In this document: positions 53,029 through 64,000 of the stretch, piece after piece
Layout: each line of letters opens with the position of its first letter
Position numbering within the stretch: the stretch's first letter is position 1
Assembly (NCBI GenBank): GCA_963693365.1
Contig: CAVNZM010000009.1
Span: 8,599,408-8,663,407 of the forward strand
Direction: 5' to 3'
DNA length: 64,000 nt
From: Amoebidium appalachense
Lineage: Eukaryota; Protista; Ichthyosporea
Made by a program: the position numbers and the translations under genes
Notes under the pieces: generated by a model
Seen by the model: only the letters and a program-made list of their open reading frames with translations
Databases searched by the model: none
What the model was told of the DNA's origin: nothing

Positions 53029-53062
<34 letters not shown>

Positions 53063-53560
53063 TACGGTGTGTGTGTGTGTGGTGTTTGGTGTATGTGTGT
53101 CTGTGTCTGTGCGTGTGTGTGTGTGTGTGCGTGTACGTGTGTGCATTTTTGTGGTTTGAGTTCAACAGCCCCTCCCCCCCGCCCCCCCCCACCCCCTAAT
53201 TTCATTTTTCGTTCAGTTTTCTTTGCACCCTTTCTTTTCACCACACTCCTTTTATCCTGATACCCCCCCTCCCCCTCCCCTCCTCCTCCAACCCCTTCTT
53301 CCGTCCCTGCCTCTCTCGCCATCCCCCCCCCCCCCCCCCCCCGCCCCTTTTTTTTTCTCCTGATTATTTTATTCCCCGGGGCCACCATGTCATGACACCA
53401 CTATCCCATTATTAAGGTGAATCACCAAATCATCCTATATCTGTTCTGTCTCTGTTCTTTGTAATGCTGTATGAATCGTGTGTGTGTGATGTATCTCTTG
53501 TGTTTCATTGTTGCAGGCAGTGGGTGGGTGGCTGAGTAGGGTAGGGGTGTGCGTGTGTGT

Positions 53561-53591
<31 letters not shown>

Positions 53592-53623
53592 GGGGGGGGG
53601 GGGGCGGGAGGGGAGGTACCCAC

Positions 53624-53699
53624 CTGTGCTGTCCCAACGTTGTAGTTCCCACCGCTGTACTGTCGGATTGTGCCCTCAAGGGGGTCGGTTTGAAACTTT
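53624..53699 (-). pseudogene. P transposase exon containing the last catalytic Glu motif
   Basis: KFQTDPLEGTIRQYSGGNYNV resembles the F.QDPLE.FFG..RQ..GGNY motif; AG/GT bounded and in phase with the 45943 exon. Confidence 0.78.
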
Positions 53700-53862
53700 C
53701 TGGTGAGCACAAACACACACACACACACACATATATACACACACACTTCATGCCGGTCGACTCCTCATGTGACCTTGTGTGTTGGGGGGGTGAGGGGGTG
53801 AGGGGGCGAGGGCATGAGGACATTGGAGGGGATTTTGAGGGGGGGGGGGGGGGGGGGGGTAC

Positions 53863-54493
53863 CATTGTCTTGCTCGTAAACGCCAGCGACCACTGTGTTT
53901 CCTCCGTAAACCCTCCAGCCGGCGTGCCGCTCCGCTATTTCCAGGGCACGGACAACAAGCTGGCCGAACACGAACATCTCCTTCTGGCGCTTCCTCGCTA
54001 CTGCCTCTTCCTCTTGCCTTGCCCGAACCTTCTCCATCTTTGCGGCTCTCTCTTCCGGGTCCGTATGAGGAGGCGCGGAAGGGGCGCTCAGGTAACTGGG
54101 GCAGTTGGGAAAAATGCTCGGGACGGCGCCTGGCATAGGCCACGTTTTGCCACCTTTTTTAACGATGTCATGGGCGGGAAAGTGACGGCAGCAGACCCGC
54201 GCAACACCGTGCGGGTCGAAGTTCTCAGGCCACTGCCTCGGCACAGCACGTAGCCACGCACTGAGAAGGTTCCGTGTTTCTTCGCGTAGCGTCTCGCTTT
54301 TAATGCGCCCGTCGTTTGGGTTGGGGAATTTGTAAACGAAAACCTTGTTTTGGTCGTCGTAGTTGCCTCTGCAGCTTGGAACACTGCATATGTTACCGAT
54401 TTTGTTGCTACGCAGACCGTTACTCCTCTTCTTATCCATTCCAGGCTCGGGAGGAGCAGCTCCCTTCATAAGGCCAGTCCCGCCGTCAGCCAT
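53863..54493 (-). CDS. THAP zinc-finger + coiled-coil first exon of the P transposase
   Basis: CSVPSC..YKFP..W..VCCRHF..GAVPSIF is a C2CH THAP with an AVPTIF box; probable donor at 53862. Confidence 0.9.
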
Positions 54494-54996
54494 GTTACCG
54501 ATGTCTCCGTCTTTGAACCAAAAAAAGCGAGACGTAAACGAAAAACAACAACATACATGTTCTGTGCCGACATCTCGTTTTAGGGCCGGAATCCAGTGGA
54601 TCGAGATACCACGAGCACAATGGAATGCGATTTTATGACGTAGTGTATCCAGGCCGTCTTTTTTTCAGAGGGCCGTGTAAGATGTGCCAAAGTTTACCGG
54701 CAAGTGCACTATAAGATGTGCTTGAGCATGAAGTAATGCAATAAATCTTTGCACTTGATTAATTTTTTTAAATTATTAATCTATTTTACCATTCTACATT
54801 TTTTTCTTTTCTGTTGCTTTTGCATTAGAGGCGGATGGGCTACTTAAATAAATCAAGTGCAGTGCATATATCTTATGTGCTGCTTTGGAATGTGAGTGAG
54901 TCATCATCGGCGACATGGTATCACCCCTTCAGCCGCTACACCACACACGTTCTTTGTCTGCTGGCATAACGTCTACCACCTACTGAGGCGGTGTCT

Positions 54997-55032
<36 letters not shown>

Positions 55033-55082
55033 GAGTAGATGTTAAAACGTCGCACGTGCGGCAACACGTCAGTACGTGTTAG

Positions 55083-55269
55083 GCTCATTACATAGTGAAC
55101 TTGAAAAGACGCACCTGTTGTTAGTATTTGGGGATCGACGCACGCCTATGCAATCAGCACGTAATCGGCATTGTGCACGTATTTTGTTAGGAGAAGACTA
55201 AAAATACAATAAATGTGTGCTCATTACACAGTGAACTTGAAAAGACGCACCTGTTGTTAGTATTTGGGG
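55083..55269 (+). repeat. 51-bp direct repeat (55083 and 55219) just upstream of the membrane protein gene
   Basis: GCTCATTACA(T/C)AGTGAACTTGAAAAGACGCACCTGTTGTTAGTATTTGGGG occurs twice. Confidence 0.85.
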
Positions 55270-55292
55270 CTCCTCCACATTTGAAGTCTAAA

Positions 55293-56798
55293 ATGCACCA
55301 TGGCTTTAGTATCACTGATACCACCACCGAAATCTCACAGGATACCACCACCGTCACGGACCAGCTTGCCGAAGGAGACGAAACGTCGCCTCACACGCCA
55401 CACGTCAGGGTTGTGCCGGCAATCCACGACACTATCGACACGAAAGAGAATCGAAAAGACGCACACACTGGCGAGACAAAAGACACCACACGCCCTAATT
55501 CGAACACCCAAAAGCAGGAACATGTAGCCTCTGCACAACGGGTTTGGCGTCCCCCTCCTGGGGTAATTGTTTTTGAAACCCAGGAGCAGAAGCAACTTCG
55601 ACGGGAACAAAAACGAAAGCACATGCGGGGGTATTTGCGGCAAACGTTCATTGCGAGCTTCTGTGCGCTGATGTTTGTGTTGGTGCTGGAATCCCTCTTC
55701 CTGTACTTTTCCGCACAGGTGACATCGGTGGCCCCATACTCGGTGGTACATGAAGGAGCAGATGTCCTTTTGCGCGCATACACGGAACTAGAGGAGGCAT
55801 TGCGGCGGACACCACAAAACGCAAGCGAAGTGGACATGGCACGAGCTAGAGTGAGTGAACAAGCGAACATATTCGTGGCGGTTCTTGCTGATGTTGTCGA
55901 GAAAGGCCACAGGGTTTTTGTGTACGACATCACCTTTAGCATCGTGGTACTTGTGCAGCTGCTCGTGGCTGCGGCAGTTGCGTACTTTTACAGAAGCCAC
56001 AAAGTCGTACGGTCGAGAGGCAAGATATACCCTGCTTTATTCTTCACATCCACGATAGCACTCACTATAAATGCGGTGTTCATGGCTTACAGTGCCCTCT
56101 ACCAAGGCGGCCAGTTCACCGCAGACCACAATTTCGAGGATCCCACCGTGCTACACGCTAGTCTGGTGGCGTCTTCGAGAATTCAGTTCACCTCCTTCAG
56201 TATTTGTCTCTTCCTGTTCTGCATCTACTTTTCCACCATTATTGCGCGCCAGCGGCTGCTGATTGATGCCATGCGTCCGGTGTATGCGCACGCAAACGAG
56301 GCGTCCCATTACAAATTCCCGGCACTCCTCGCACTTATGGCCTTCTCCATTTCCGAGCCCATGTTTGTGCTGTGGTACGTGCGGGACTTATTTCATCCAC
56401 GCGGTACGTGGCAAGCAATGATTGGCCCACTTCTAGCCGGATCGGTGTATATGCCAGTTACGACGTATTACTATTACAAGGCTCGAAAGGCCCCCGTTAG
56501 GTTCAACGATTATTATTCCAATCTGCGTGTTAGGATCGTTAACTCTGTCACCTTCTTGGCAGTTTTGGCGTTTACCATGGCTCAACCACACCATATTTTT
56601 GCCGAGGCAGGCTGGACTTCTTTTGGGCGTGTCTGCGCCTCGATGCATGTCATTGATCAGGTTTGCACACAGGCATTGCAGGCGAAATGGGAAGCAAAGC
56701 ATGCGCTTGCATTAAGCCATAAAGGAACCAGTTTGCTGCTTACTACAGAGCGCAATGCACTACGTGTGCATGAGCAACCTGATAACGCGGCGGCGTAG
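55293..56798 (+). CDS. Intronless multi-pass (7-8 TM) membrane protein of unknown family
   Basis: ~500-codon intact ORF with a polar N-terminus and 7-8 hydrophobic segments. Confidence 0.8.
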   Translation: MHHGFSITDTTTEISQDTTTVTDQLAEGDETSPHTPHVRVVPAIHDTIDTKENRKDAHTGETKDTTRPNSNTQKQEHVASAQRVWRPPPGVIVFETQEQKQLRREQKRKHMRGYLRQTFIASFCALMFVLVLESLFLYFSAQVTSVAPYSVVHEGADVLLRAYTELEEALRRTPQNASEVDMARARVSEQANIFVAVLADVVEKGHRVFVYDITFSIVVLVQLLVAAAVAYFYRSHKVVRSRGKIYPALFFTSTIALTINAVFMAYSALYQGGQFTADHNFEDPTVLHASLVASSRIQFTSFSICLFLFCIYFSTIIARQRLLIDAMRPVYAHANEASHYKFPALLALMAFSISEPMFVLWYVRDLFHPRGTWQAMIGPLLAGSVYMPVTTYYYYKARKAPVRFNDYYSNLRVRIVNSVTFLAVLAFTMAQPHHIFAEAGWTSFGRVCASMHVIDQVCTQALQAKWEAKHALALSHKGTSLLLTTERNALRVHEQPDNAAA

Positions 56799-57194
56799 GT
56801 GAACCTAATTCTATTGGTTTTCAATTTTTTTATTGCTGTTCTTTTTTTTTTTTTTTTTGCCCCCTTAGGCTATGCCTGTGGTACCCACAAGCAGAACGAT
56901 TTATTTCTGTTTGTGTTTTGGTATACCTTCCAGTTGGCCAGTTCGATTTTCCTTTCTCTCGTCCCACACAAGTCTAGTACTTGATCATTCATTAGTTGGA
57001 TGTTTACTTTCCGAAAGTTACTGTATGTAGGTGCGAAATTGGGGGAGTGGGGAATGTGCTGTTTATTAATGACATGTATGTGAGCTGTGATGAGGCGCCG
57101 CCACCAAGGCCAACAGTAATTCCACCCAATAAGACACACATGCAGATAACGACGTTACAAGATATACATCATACATCTACGTACGTGTACATAT

Positions 57195-57236
<42 letters not shown>

Positions 57237-57280
57237 CTTTTTCTAACTCAGCAATTTAAGACGGTAATACACTTTTTTCC

Positions 57281-57372
57281 AGATAACCCATACACTTTTG
57301 GAACAGTAGGAACTTGCCAGAGTTCAGATAATCCATACATTTTTGGAACAGTAGAAACTCGCCAGAGTTAAG
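57281..57372. repeat. ~47-bp tandem duplication
   Basis: ATA..CCATACA.TTTTGGAACAGTAG.AACT.GCCAGAGTT occurs twice. Confidence 0.7.
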
Positions 57373-57760
57373 TATGAAATCAAGCACGGTAAAATTCGGT
57401 AGGTCTTTCATTGTGGCATGTGTATGGGCCCGGGTAAACCGGGTGTATATGCCAGACTCTGGAGAAATACAGGTTGAGAGCAACCCACACTTTTGGGGGC
57501 ATGTTCGTTTAAATTGATGTGGTGTGTTATTTGGTGTCGGGCATACATATCTGTAGACTTTTATTTGTTACGTCTCCACTCTAAAGCTTTCACACAATAA
57601 GAAATCGGCAACTCATATACAAACTCAGTCTGGTCTATTAAGGATTTACCCACACGCTCACTATTATACATATATCTGGGTACCAAGACAAACACCCTCC
57701 CCTTTTCATACCTGGCTGCCCTCAAAACGGCTGGTACTTCATGTCCTGGGGTCCCCCGAA

Positions 57761-57808
<48 letters not shown>

Positions 57809-57969
57809 CGGGAACAAAAGTGGGGGGGGGGGGGGGGCGGTAAACCACGGGTACCGGGTACCAGTTCCACTATTAATATGGATCAAAATGAGAACTTCAT
57901 ACATAATGGCAACTTCGAATTTATGTGTGTGTGTGTGTGTGTGTGTGTGTGACTGTGTGTCCGTGTGTG

Positions 57970-58034
<65 letters not shown>

Positions 58035-58062
58035 ATGTGTGTGTGTGTGTGTGTGTGTTCAT

Positions 58063-58131
<69 letters not shown>

Positions 58132-58611
58132 TGCGCACATGTGTGTGTAGCACAGACACATTGCGTAGTTATCTTTCTGTATGTATGCAGGCGCACCGAT
58201 ACACATCTATGTATGTGTGCATAACATGACCAGGCCGCGCCTACATTTCCGTGTGTACGTGTGTACCTCTCTGTGTGTGTGCTTGCGGCACATACATGTG
58301 CATGTGTGTGTGTCTATGTGTGTGCGCGCGCGTGTGTGTGCAAGTGTGTCTGTGCGCACTTGTGTTAACTTCAGTACGACAACACGGATTCTCTGATCAT
58401 CAGTAAATATGCTTTCGGGCACATATGCCAGCTCTGAAATTTAGGTACTGGTATTGTCATTATCATCTCTATAACATAACATATATTATCATTTATTGCT
58501 ACAAGCTCAGGCTAAAAAAGATTACGAAACTAGCCTATACCTATACTTATTCATGAACCTAAAAGCTAAGCTACGCCTCCACAGCGTACTACTAGGCTAG
58601 ATGTGTGTGTG

Positions 58612-58671
<60 letters not shown>

Positions 58672-58716
58672 CGCGCGCGTGCGTGTGCGTGTGCCGTGTG
58701 TGTGTGTGTGTGTGTG

Positions 58717-58785
<69 letters not shown>

Positions 58786-58813
58786 TGTGTGTGCCGTGTG
58801 TGTGTGTCTGTGT

Positions 58814-58866
<53 letters not shown>

Positions 58867-59069
58867 TGTGTGTATGTGTCTGTGCGTCCTAATAGTATGC
58901 ATGTGTGCATGCGTGCCTGCCTGTGTGCATGTGTACGTGCATGAGCCCATGGCCCATGCAAGAGTGCGCACCAAAGTGTGTGCCCCACTACTAGTAGTAT
59001 TCTCTGCCCTAATCAATTGTTGGCAAAAATGGCCCGTGTACCATGTGCAGTGGAAAACACACACACTCC

Positions 59070-60403
59070 ATGCCCACACCCAGGACATGCAACCCTAATG
59101 TAAAACCATTCAGGTCCAATAGCAAAACCACAGCCGCAAGCACCATTAGGACACCTTACTGCATGCGGTTGCATAGGGTAGGCTGGGTATTTAGGTGCGG
59201 GCAGAATCGGGCGGTGTTGTGTGCTGTGCAGGTGAGGCGCCGATCGTTGTTGTGGGGGGGGTTGTTGGGTAGCGTGAAGAGAAGGCTGTGAAGCCCTGAA
59301 AGCAAACGATTGTATTCGCACTACAGACTCATCATAACTGTGGTCTACCCATAACTCTTTACCCATCGGTCCGTTGGTTTTCTTTTTCGTTCTGCTCTTT
59401 GCGCTTGGACCGGGAACTTTGCGCAAACTCATTTTGGATTTTTGCGAACCATTAATGTGCTTGCTCTGTGATTGGTTAAGATGCTTGCTCTGTGATTGGC
59501 TAGGATGTTTGCTCTGTGATTGGCTGGCTGGTGGAGCTGCAAAATCCTCCATCCTGCATCCATCACCGACATCATACTCTAGACTCATTTCTACAGCCTG
59601 CGCAATTGAAGCACGGAACTGACGGTCTTTCATGATTAGGTCTAATTTACCTTTCACTTGCTTTTCCTGCTTTGGTCGGAGGGCCAGTAGTAACAACTTT
59701 CGGAGGTAGTCGGGGGAAAGCGGGTGAGGGTAGGGCGGGGTAGGGGGGAGTGGTGGTGGTGGTGGTGGGGGGGGGGGGCATGCTGCATTGGTGAAAACGG
59801 GAAGAGAGAGGCTGTGCAAACGCTACATGTGCCGATTGACTGCCTTGCGGGCGAAAGGCAAGGGAGGCTGAGAAAGGGACTGCTGGGGGGGGGGGGGGGG
59901 AGGGGAGGGGGGGGGGGGGGTAGGGGGAGTGATGGGGGGAGGGGGGAAGGGGGGGAGGGGGGGAGGGGGGGGGGGGGGGGGGGGGGGGGGCTATAGAAAA
60001 ACACCAAATGGCACACACCTGTTCATTTTTTGACGCATAGTACTCCAGGGCCGTTACATTGGTTGTTCGGATTGTTGGGGCCATCTTGGCACGTTTCGTA
60101 GCTGGGCCGTCCACAGTCGTGTCTATGGGGCCTAACCACTGGTGGGCGGGGAGGGGCTTTGCCGTGTTCGTTTGCGCACTTATCCCCACACGCACAACCT
60201 TCCTTGCAACCAGCCCCGTTCCTAGCACACGGGCACTTGGAAGAATACTTGTGTTTGGAATTTCCATTACCTCCACACAAAGCAAAATCGGGCTGCTCCT
60301 TTACTGCTGCTGGCTGGCCTCGGCCACATTGGCACCCGTTAGCCCGCTTAGGCCCACGACCTGCAGCCATTGTCCCACAGTTACTTAAGACCTTTTTTTG
60401 TCG

Positions 60404-60437
<34 letters not shown>

Positions 60438-61210
60438 CGCGGCCCCCGTGCAACGCCCAACCTCACACAAAAATACACGAAACACACTCACCCACAAACA
60501 CAATCACCCACACACCCACACACCCACCCACACACACACACACACATTTACCCGTCTTTCGCGGTGACTCGCCCAGTTCAAGTACCACCCATTCACACGT
60601 ATGCCCCCACCCAAAGCCAACCCCCAAATGATTAGAAAACCTACTTGATGCCTTGGTGGTGCTTTCGGCAGCAGAACTGAAGTTGCCCAACAGATTTTCT
60701 GGGCATTCGTCCAAACCCCCACCTGCAAACAGAAGGGTGCAAGGGGTCACGCCCAAAAGGGGGGGGGGGGGGGGGGGGGGATTACTGTGCGTTGCAAGCG
60801 AAGTTCTGATACTATGATGGTTCTACAGTATACTGCTCTATAGAACCGATTCATGATGCCTTCATTACAACCCCCCTTCCCCCCACCCTTTCCCCCCCAA
60901 ACACACGCATACTATACAGCCCCATGCAAAACGCATGAAACAAGCCCCTTCCTCTAATCCCCCCCCCCCCCCCCAAAAAAAAAAAAAAAAAAAAAGAAAA
61001 TAACAAATGAGAGAGAACGAGAGAATCAAAATAAAAAGAGAGAGAGAGACAGAGAAAGAGAGAAATAGATAGAAGAACACCAACCACATACACTAAACCA
61101 CAAACACACGGCAAGAACACCACTGCTAACGATCCCCCCCCCCCCCCCCCCCCCCCCCCCCCTTTCTTTCTTTCTTTCTTTTCCTTTTTTTTTTTTTTTT
61201 TTTTTTTTGG

Positions 61211-61253
<43 letters not shown>

Positions 61254-62340
61254 ATAGATAACTTGAACGCCCACACACCCACACGAAAACACACGAAGAA
61301 AAAAAAAAAAGAAAGAGAGAAAAAAAGAAAAAAGAAGAAAAAAACTTACTCGATGCTGTGGTGTTGGTTTGGGCCCTCGACAAGGCTGGTGGAGCTGCTG
61401 CGCACGCATCCAAACTTGCCCCTGCGAAACACAGCAGTGTCCGGAAAAGGGGGCACCCGGGCCATGGCCATATGGTTCAAAGTGGGGATGGGGAGGGGAG
61501 TTTGAGGAGGGGGAGGGGGGGGGGGGGGGGAGGGGGGGAGGTTACTCAGTGACCGTGCAAGACTAGGCAAACACTTAGCAGTATAGTACACATATATTTC
61601 TCTTCTTTCTATGAATTTTCATTACAGAAGCGAAACCACAGCCCAACAATTCAACACAACCACACATCCATGATAACTATGTACCCACAAAACACAGACA
61701 CCCTAGAACCCCGTTGGCTGGTGTGTGTAAGAGAATGTACAAGACGTGACCAACCTGTGTGGTTTTCTGCCGCTATTACAGAAGAGTAGTGGTCGTTATG
61801 CAGAATGACACGCGGCATGAAGGTAGTGGATGTTAGGTTTCCAGTGTGTGGTACCATGACGTGTAAAACATCATCATCCGGTCGAATGCTGCTGTAGACA
61901 AAAAAGGAAATACGAAGCACTTGTGATAGCGCACTGGCGAACGCATCACCGATAGCCCCAGACCACCGAGCCTCAGTTGCCGAGCGATACGACTCCGCAT
62001 CACGCAGTATGTCTACATCTTGGCCCTCAACCTGAAGGAATGGTTGGTAGTGCCCGACATTACTCAAGAGCTCATCAACCACCGCAGACCTGAGAATGGC
62101 CACAGCCTCCTCCCGTGTGGTGTGCTGAGTAATGCCCAGACGGTCCGACAAGTCCCTTTGAAGTGCTGCCTCATTTGATTGGTCTGTCAGTGATAACACA
62201 TTGCGCTCTATGTGCCGCAACACAGAATGGAAAAGACAGTTGCCGTCTGCAGGTGTGTCTTCCGCAGCGATACCCCAGACACGAATAATACGGTCACGGC
62301 ATGCCATGGTCACTACCTCAGGCGGCCCTGCCCGTGCCCT
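59070..62340 (-). CDS. Spliced gene: OTU cysteine protease + Cys-rich CXC-like domain + C-terminal region; approximate exons 62340-61755, 61503-61349, 60722-60643, 60391-60019, 59710-59070
   Basis: PADGNCLFHSV and NDHYSSV (OTU D/C/H); CQCGRG..C..SKCPCARNGAGCKEGCACGDKCAN; GT/AG junctions next to poly-C tracts. The exon model is tentative and a frameshift in the Cys-rich exon is possible. Confidence 0.65.
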
Positions 62341-62668
62341 GCAGTGCAAAAGCCCCCATACTTCCAGTAAATACAGTTATTTGCCCATATGTTTTCTTTC
62401 AATGCGCTATGCACTACTAATACGACGTATAGAACACACCACAACTGAAAGCCCTCCACCGGCATACAACATGCTTACCTATTTAGTCCAAAACTATATT
62501 TTGGCGATCATTGTGCGAATGTGTGCGTGTGAAGGTGAGTGTGTGCAAATGTGCGTGTCTATGTCAACCTTTGCATTTTTTGATAGTGCACACATCTGTA
62601 TGTGTTTTGAAGTTGGTGATAATGTAATACTTGTTGGTGACGCTTTCTGCAGAAAGGGGAAGGGTAGG

Positions 62669-62930
62669 TGTTGTTTTGTACGGGTCTAAGGGAGCAGAGT
62701 GCACAGAGGTGTCATGTAAAACACGACTAACACATTAATGAGAGGGCAATCGGAGTTGTTCACGAGACATTGAAAGATTCAAACAACAACTGATTCTTTA
62801 TTGTGCTCTCGGTTCCTTTTGTACTTGCGACTTATCACCTTATCACAACTAAAGAGGGAGAACCAATCGGTTCTATCAGAAGATAGAAAAACACATTCCG
62901 ACAGAGCATACGCATTCCAACTTCCGATTA
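62669..62930 (-). repeat. Fragment of a diverged Copia-like LTR, cut by the YR element
   Basis: TGTTGTTTTGTACGGGT..GAGCAGAGTGCACAGAGGTGTCATGTAAAACAC and GGTTCCTTTTGTACTTG resemble the corresponding Copia LTR segments. Confidence 0.55.
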
Positions 62931-64000
62931 GGTTTTATTTGTGGAAATTATTGACATAAATATTTTTTTGGGTCTATGAAAACTACTCCGGGACGTGTGT
63001 TGCCTCTAGGGGGACATCCCCTTGGACGAAAGTGAACCTGCAATGGTTGTAAACCACGGCAAGCCCCCAGTCATCAATTTATTGATCCGTGAGGTCCATG
63101 TGCCCAAAAAACGGGGGAAGTCTTCGCCCCGTGAAAAAACAGCACGTATGTGTGGATCAATGGGGGTTGTGTGTGGGTGTAGGTGGGTGGGTGAAAAAGG
63201 AATATATAGCTGTAAGGCTGTGGATGCTAAACACAGAAGATGTGTTTGTAGCTTGCTGATCTGCTAAAAACTGTCGTGCTTATATACCTAAGCCTACCGA
63301 TCTGAGCCAATCAAAAATCGATCTAGTGATATGTGAAATCTGATCCGAGCCAATCATAACTCGGTCTAGTGATCTGTGGTATCTGATGTTTTGACTGGCT
63401 AATAGGTGCCCGTGTGCGGGCAGCCAACCGCTAACTGCTAAAACACGAAATGAAGCCTACATGGTTATGTTGGTACCGAACACCCATCCTACGTGTTTAC
63501 CCAGAAAAATATTTATGTCAATAATTTCCACAAATAAAACCTCTATGAAAACTACTCCGGGACGTGTGTTGCCTCTAGGGGGACATCCCCTTGGACGAAA
63601 GTGAACCTGCAATGGTTGTAAACCACGGCACGAGAGCAGTATGCTTGCTCCAAAGGTTTCACTTAAGAATAGAGGCGAATACACGTGTGGTGGTGGCAGC
63701 AATGGAGGCCGGACGAAGTCGGGTATAGATCAGGAAGCAGTCGGAGGACCACCTGCCGAGTTGTTTGATCCGGGAGTCGTCGACCCCGGCCTCAGCCAGT
63801 GCTGTGGCCCCCCCGATGCGGAGGCTGTGTCCGGCAAACCGGGAGGGTGAGAGGCCTGCCCGGGAGAGGAGGGCACGGAAATCGGCAGAGAAAGCACTCT
63901 TGGTGTAGGGGATGCCACCGAGACTGAAGAGGGGGTCGTTGGGTTGACCGGACGTTGTATCCAGGAACTGCCGGAGGAGATGGGCTGGGGAGAAGTGGGT
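62931..64000 (-). mobile_element. Ngaro/DIRS-type YR retroelement copy 3, 3' end: YR-B1-A2-spacer-B2-inverted 43 bp
   Basis: 89-bp direct repeat B at 63542-63630 and 62973-63061; A2 at ~63195-63541; 62931-62973 is an inverted copy of 63499-63541. Confidence 0.88.
63659..64000 (-). CDS. Tyrosine recombinase C-terminus (partial, runs off window)
   Basis: HSLRIGGAT...LGRWSSDCFLIYTRLRPASIAATTTRVFASILK*; nearly identical to copy 2. Confidence 0.9.
   Translation of the reverse strand, partial: THFSPAHLLRQFLDTTSGQPNDPLFSLGGIPYTKSAFSADFRALLSRAGLSPSRFAGHSLRIGGATALAEAGVDDSRIKQLGRWSSDCFLIYTRLRPASIAATTTRVFASILK

Larger units (their letters stand above)
46132..53030 (+). mobile_element. Ty1/Copia copy 3; LTRs 46132-46835 and 52327-53030 (704 bp); TSD GTGTG; lies in a P-element intron
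   Basis: Same family as the tandem array, slightly diverged; both LTRs and the TSD are present. Confidence 0.95.
45114..54677 (-). mobile_element. P-superfamily DNA transposon, internally deleted; 29-bp TIRs, 7-bp TSD TAAGATG
   Basis: CACGGCCCTCTGAAAAAAAGACGGCCTGG (45114-45142) and its reverse complement (54649-54677), with TAAGATG on both sides; encodes THAP and P-transposase C-terminal motifs. Confidence 0.92.

Noticed and set aside
57561-57920. Additional minus-strand exons downstream of the OTU gene
   Set aside because: Peptides look plausible, but I could not link them in phase to a gene model.

Overview
Eukaryotic genomic DNA rich in (CA)n and poly-G/C tracts and almost entirely built from nested mobile elements. 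From left to right it holds: (1) a degenerate, intron-containing Plavaka/CMC-type transposase with an ~0.8 kb inverted duplication; (2) a tyrosine-recombinase (Ngaro/DIRS-type) retroelement cut by a tandem Ty1/Copia array (LTR-int-LTR-int-LTR) whose flanks lack a shared TSD and join a second, oppositely oriented, RT-less YR element; (3) an ~18 kb decaying endogenous large-DNA-virus-like island encoding an SF3/D5-like helicase next to an iteron-like array, two PD-(D/E)xK nucleases (one KilA-N-fused), a Bro-like protein, a penton-like protein and an A22/RuvC resolvase, itself hit by a solo LTR and a chromodomain Gypsy; (4) an internally deleted P-superfamily element (29-bp TIRs, 7-bp TSD, THAP) with a Copia in one intron and a solo LTR inside that Copia; (5) an intronless 7-8 TM gene; (6) a spliced OTU + Cys-rich gene; (7) the 3' end of a third YR element with both split direct repeats and a 43-bp terminal inverted repeat. 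All family calls come from motif recognition by eye; no searches were run. The Plavaka + giant-virus + microsatellite combination recalls ichthyosporeans such as Amoebidium, but that is only a guess.
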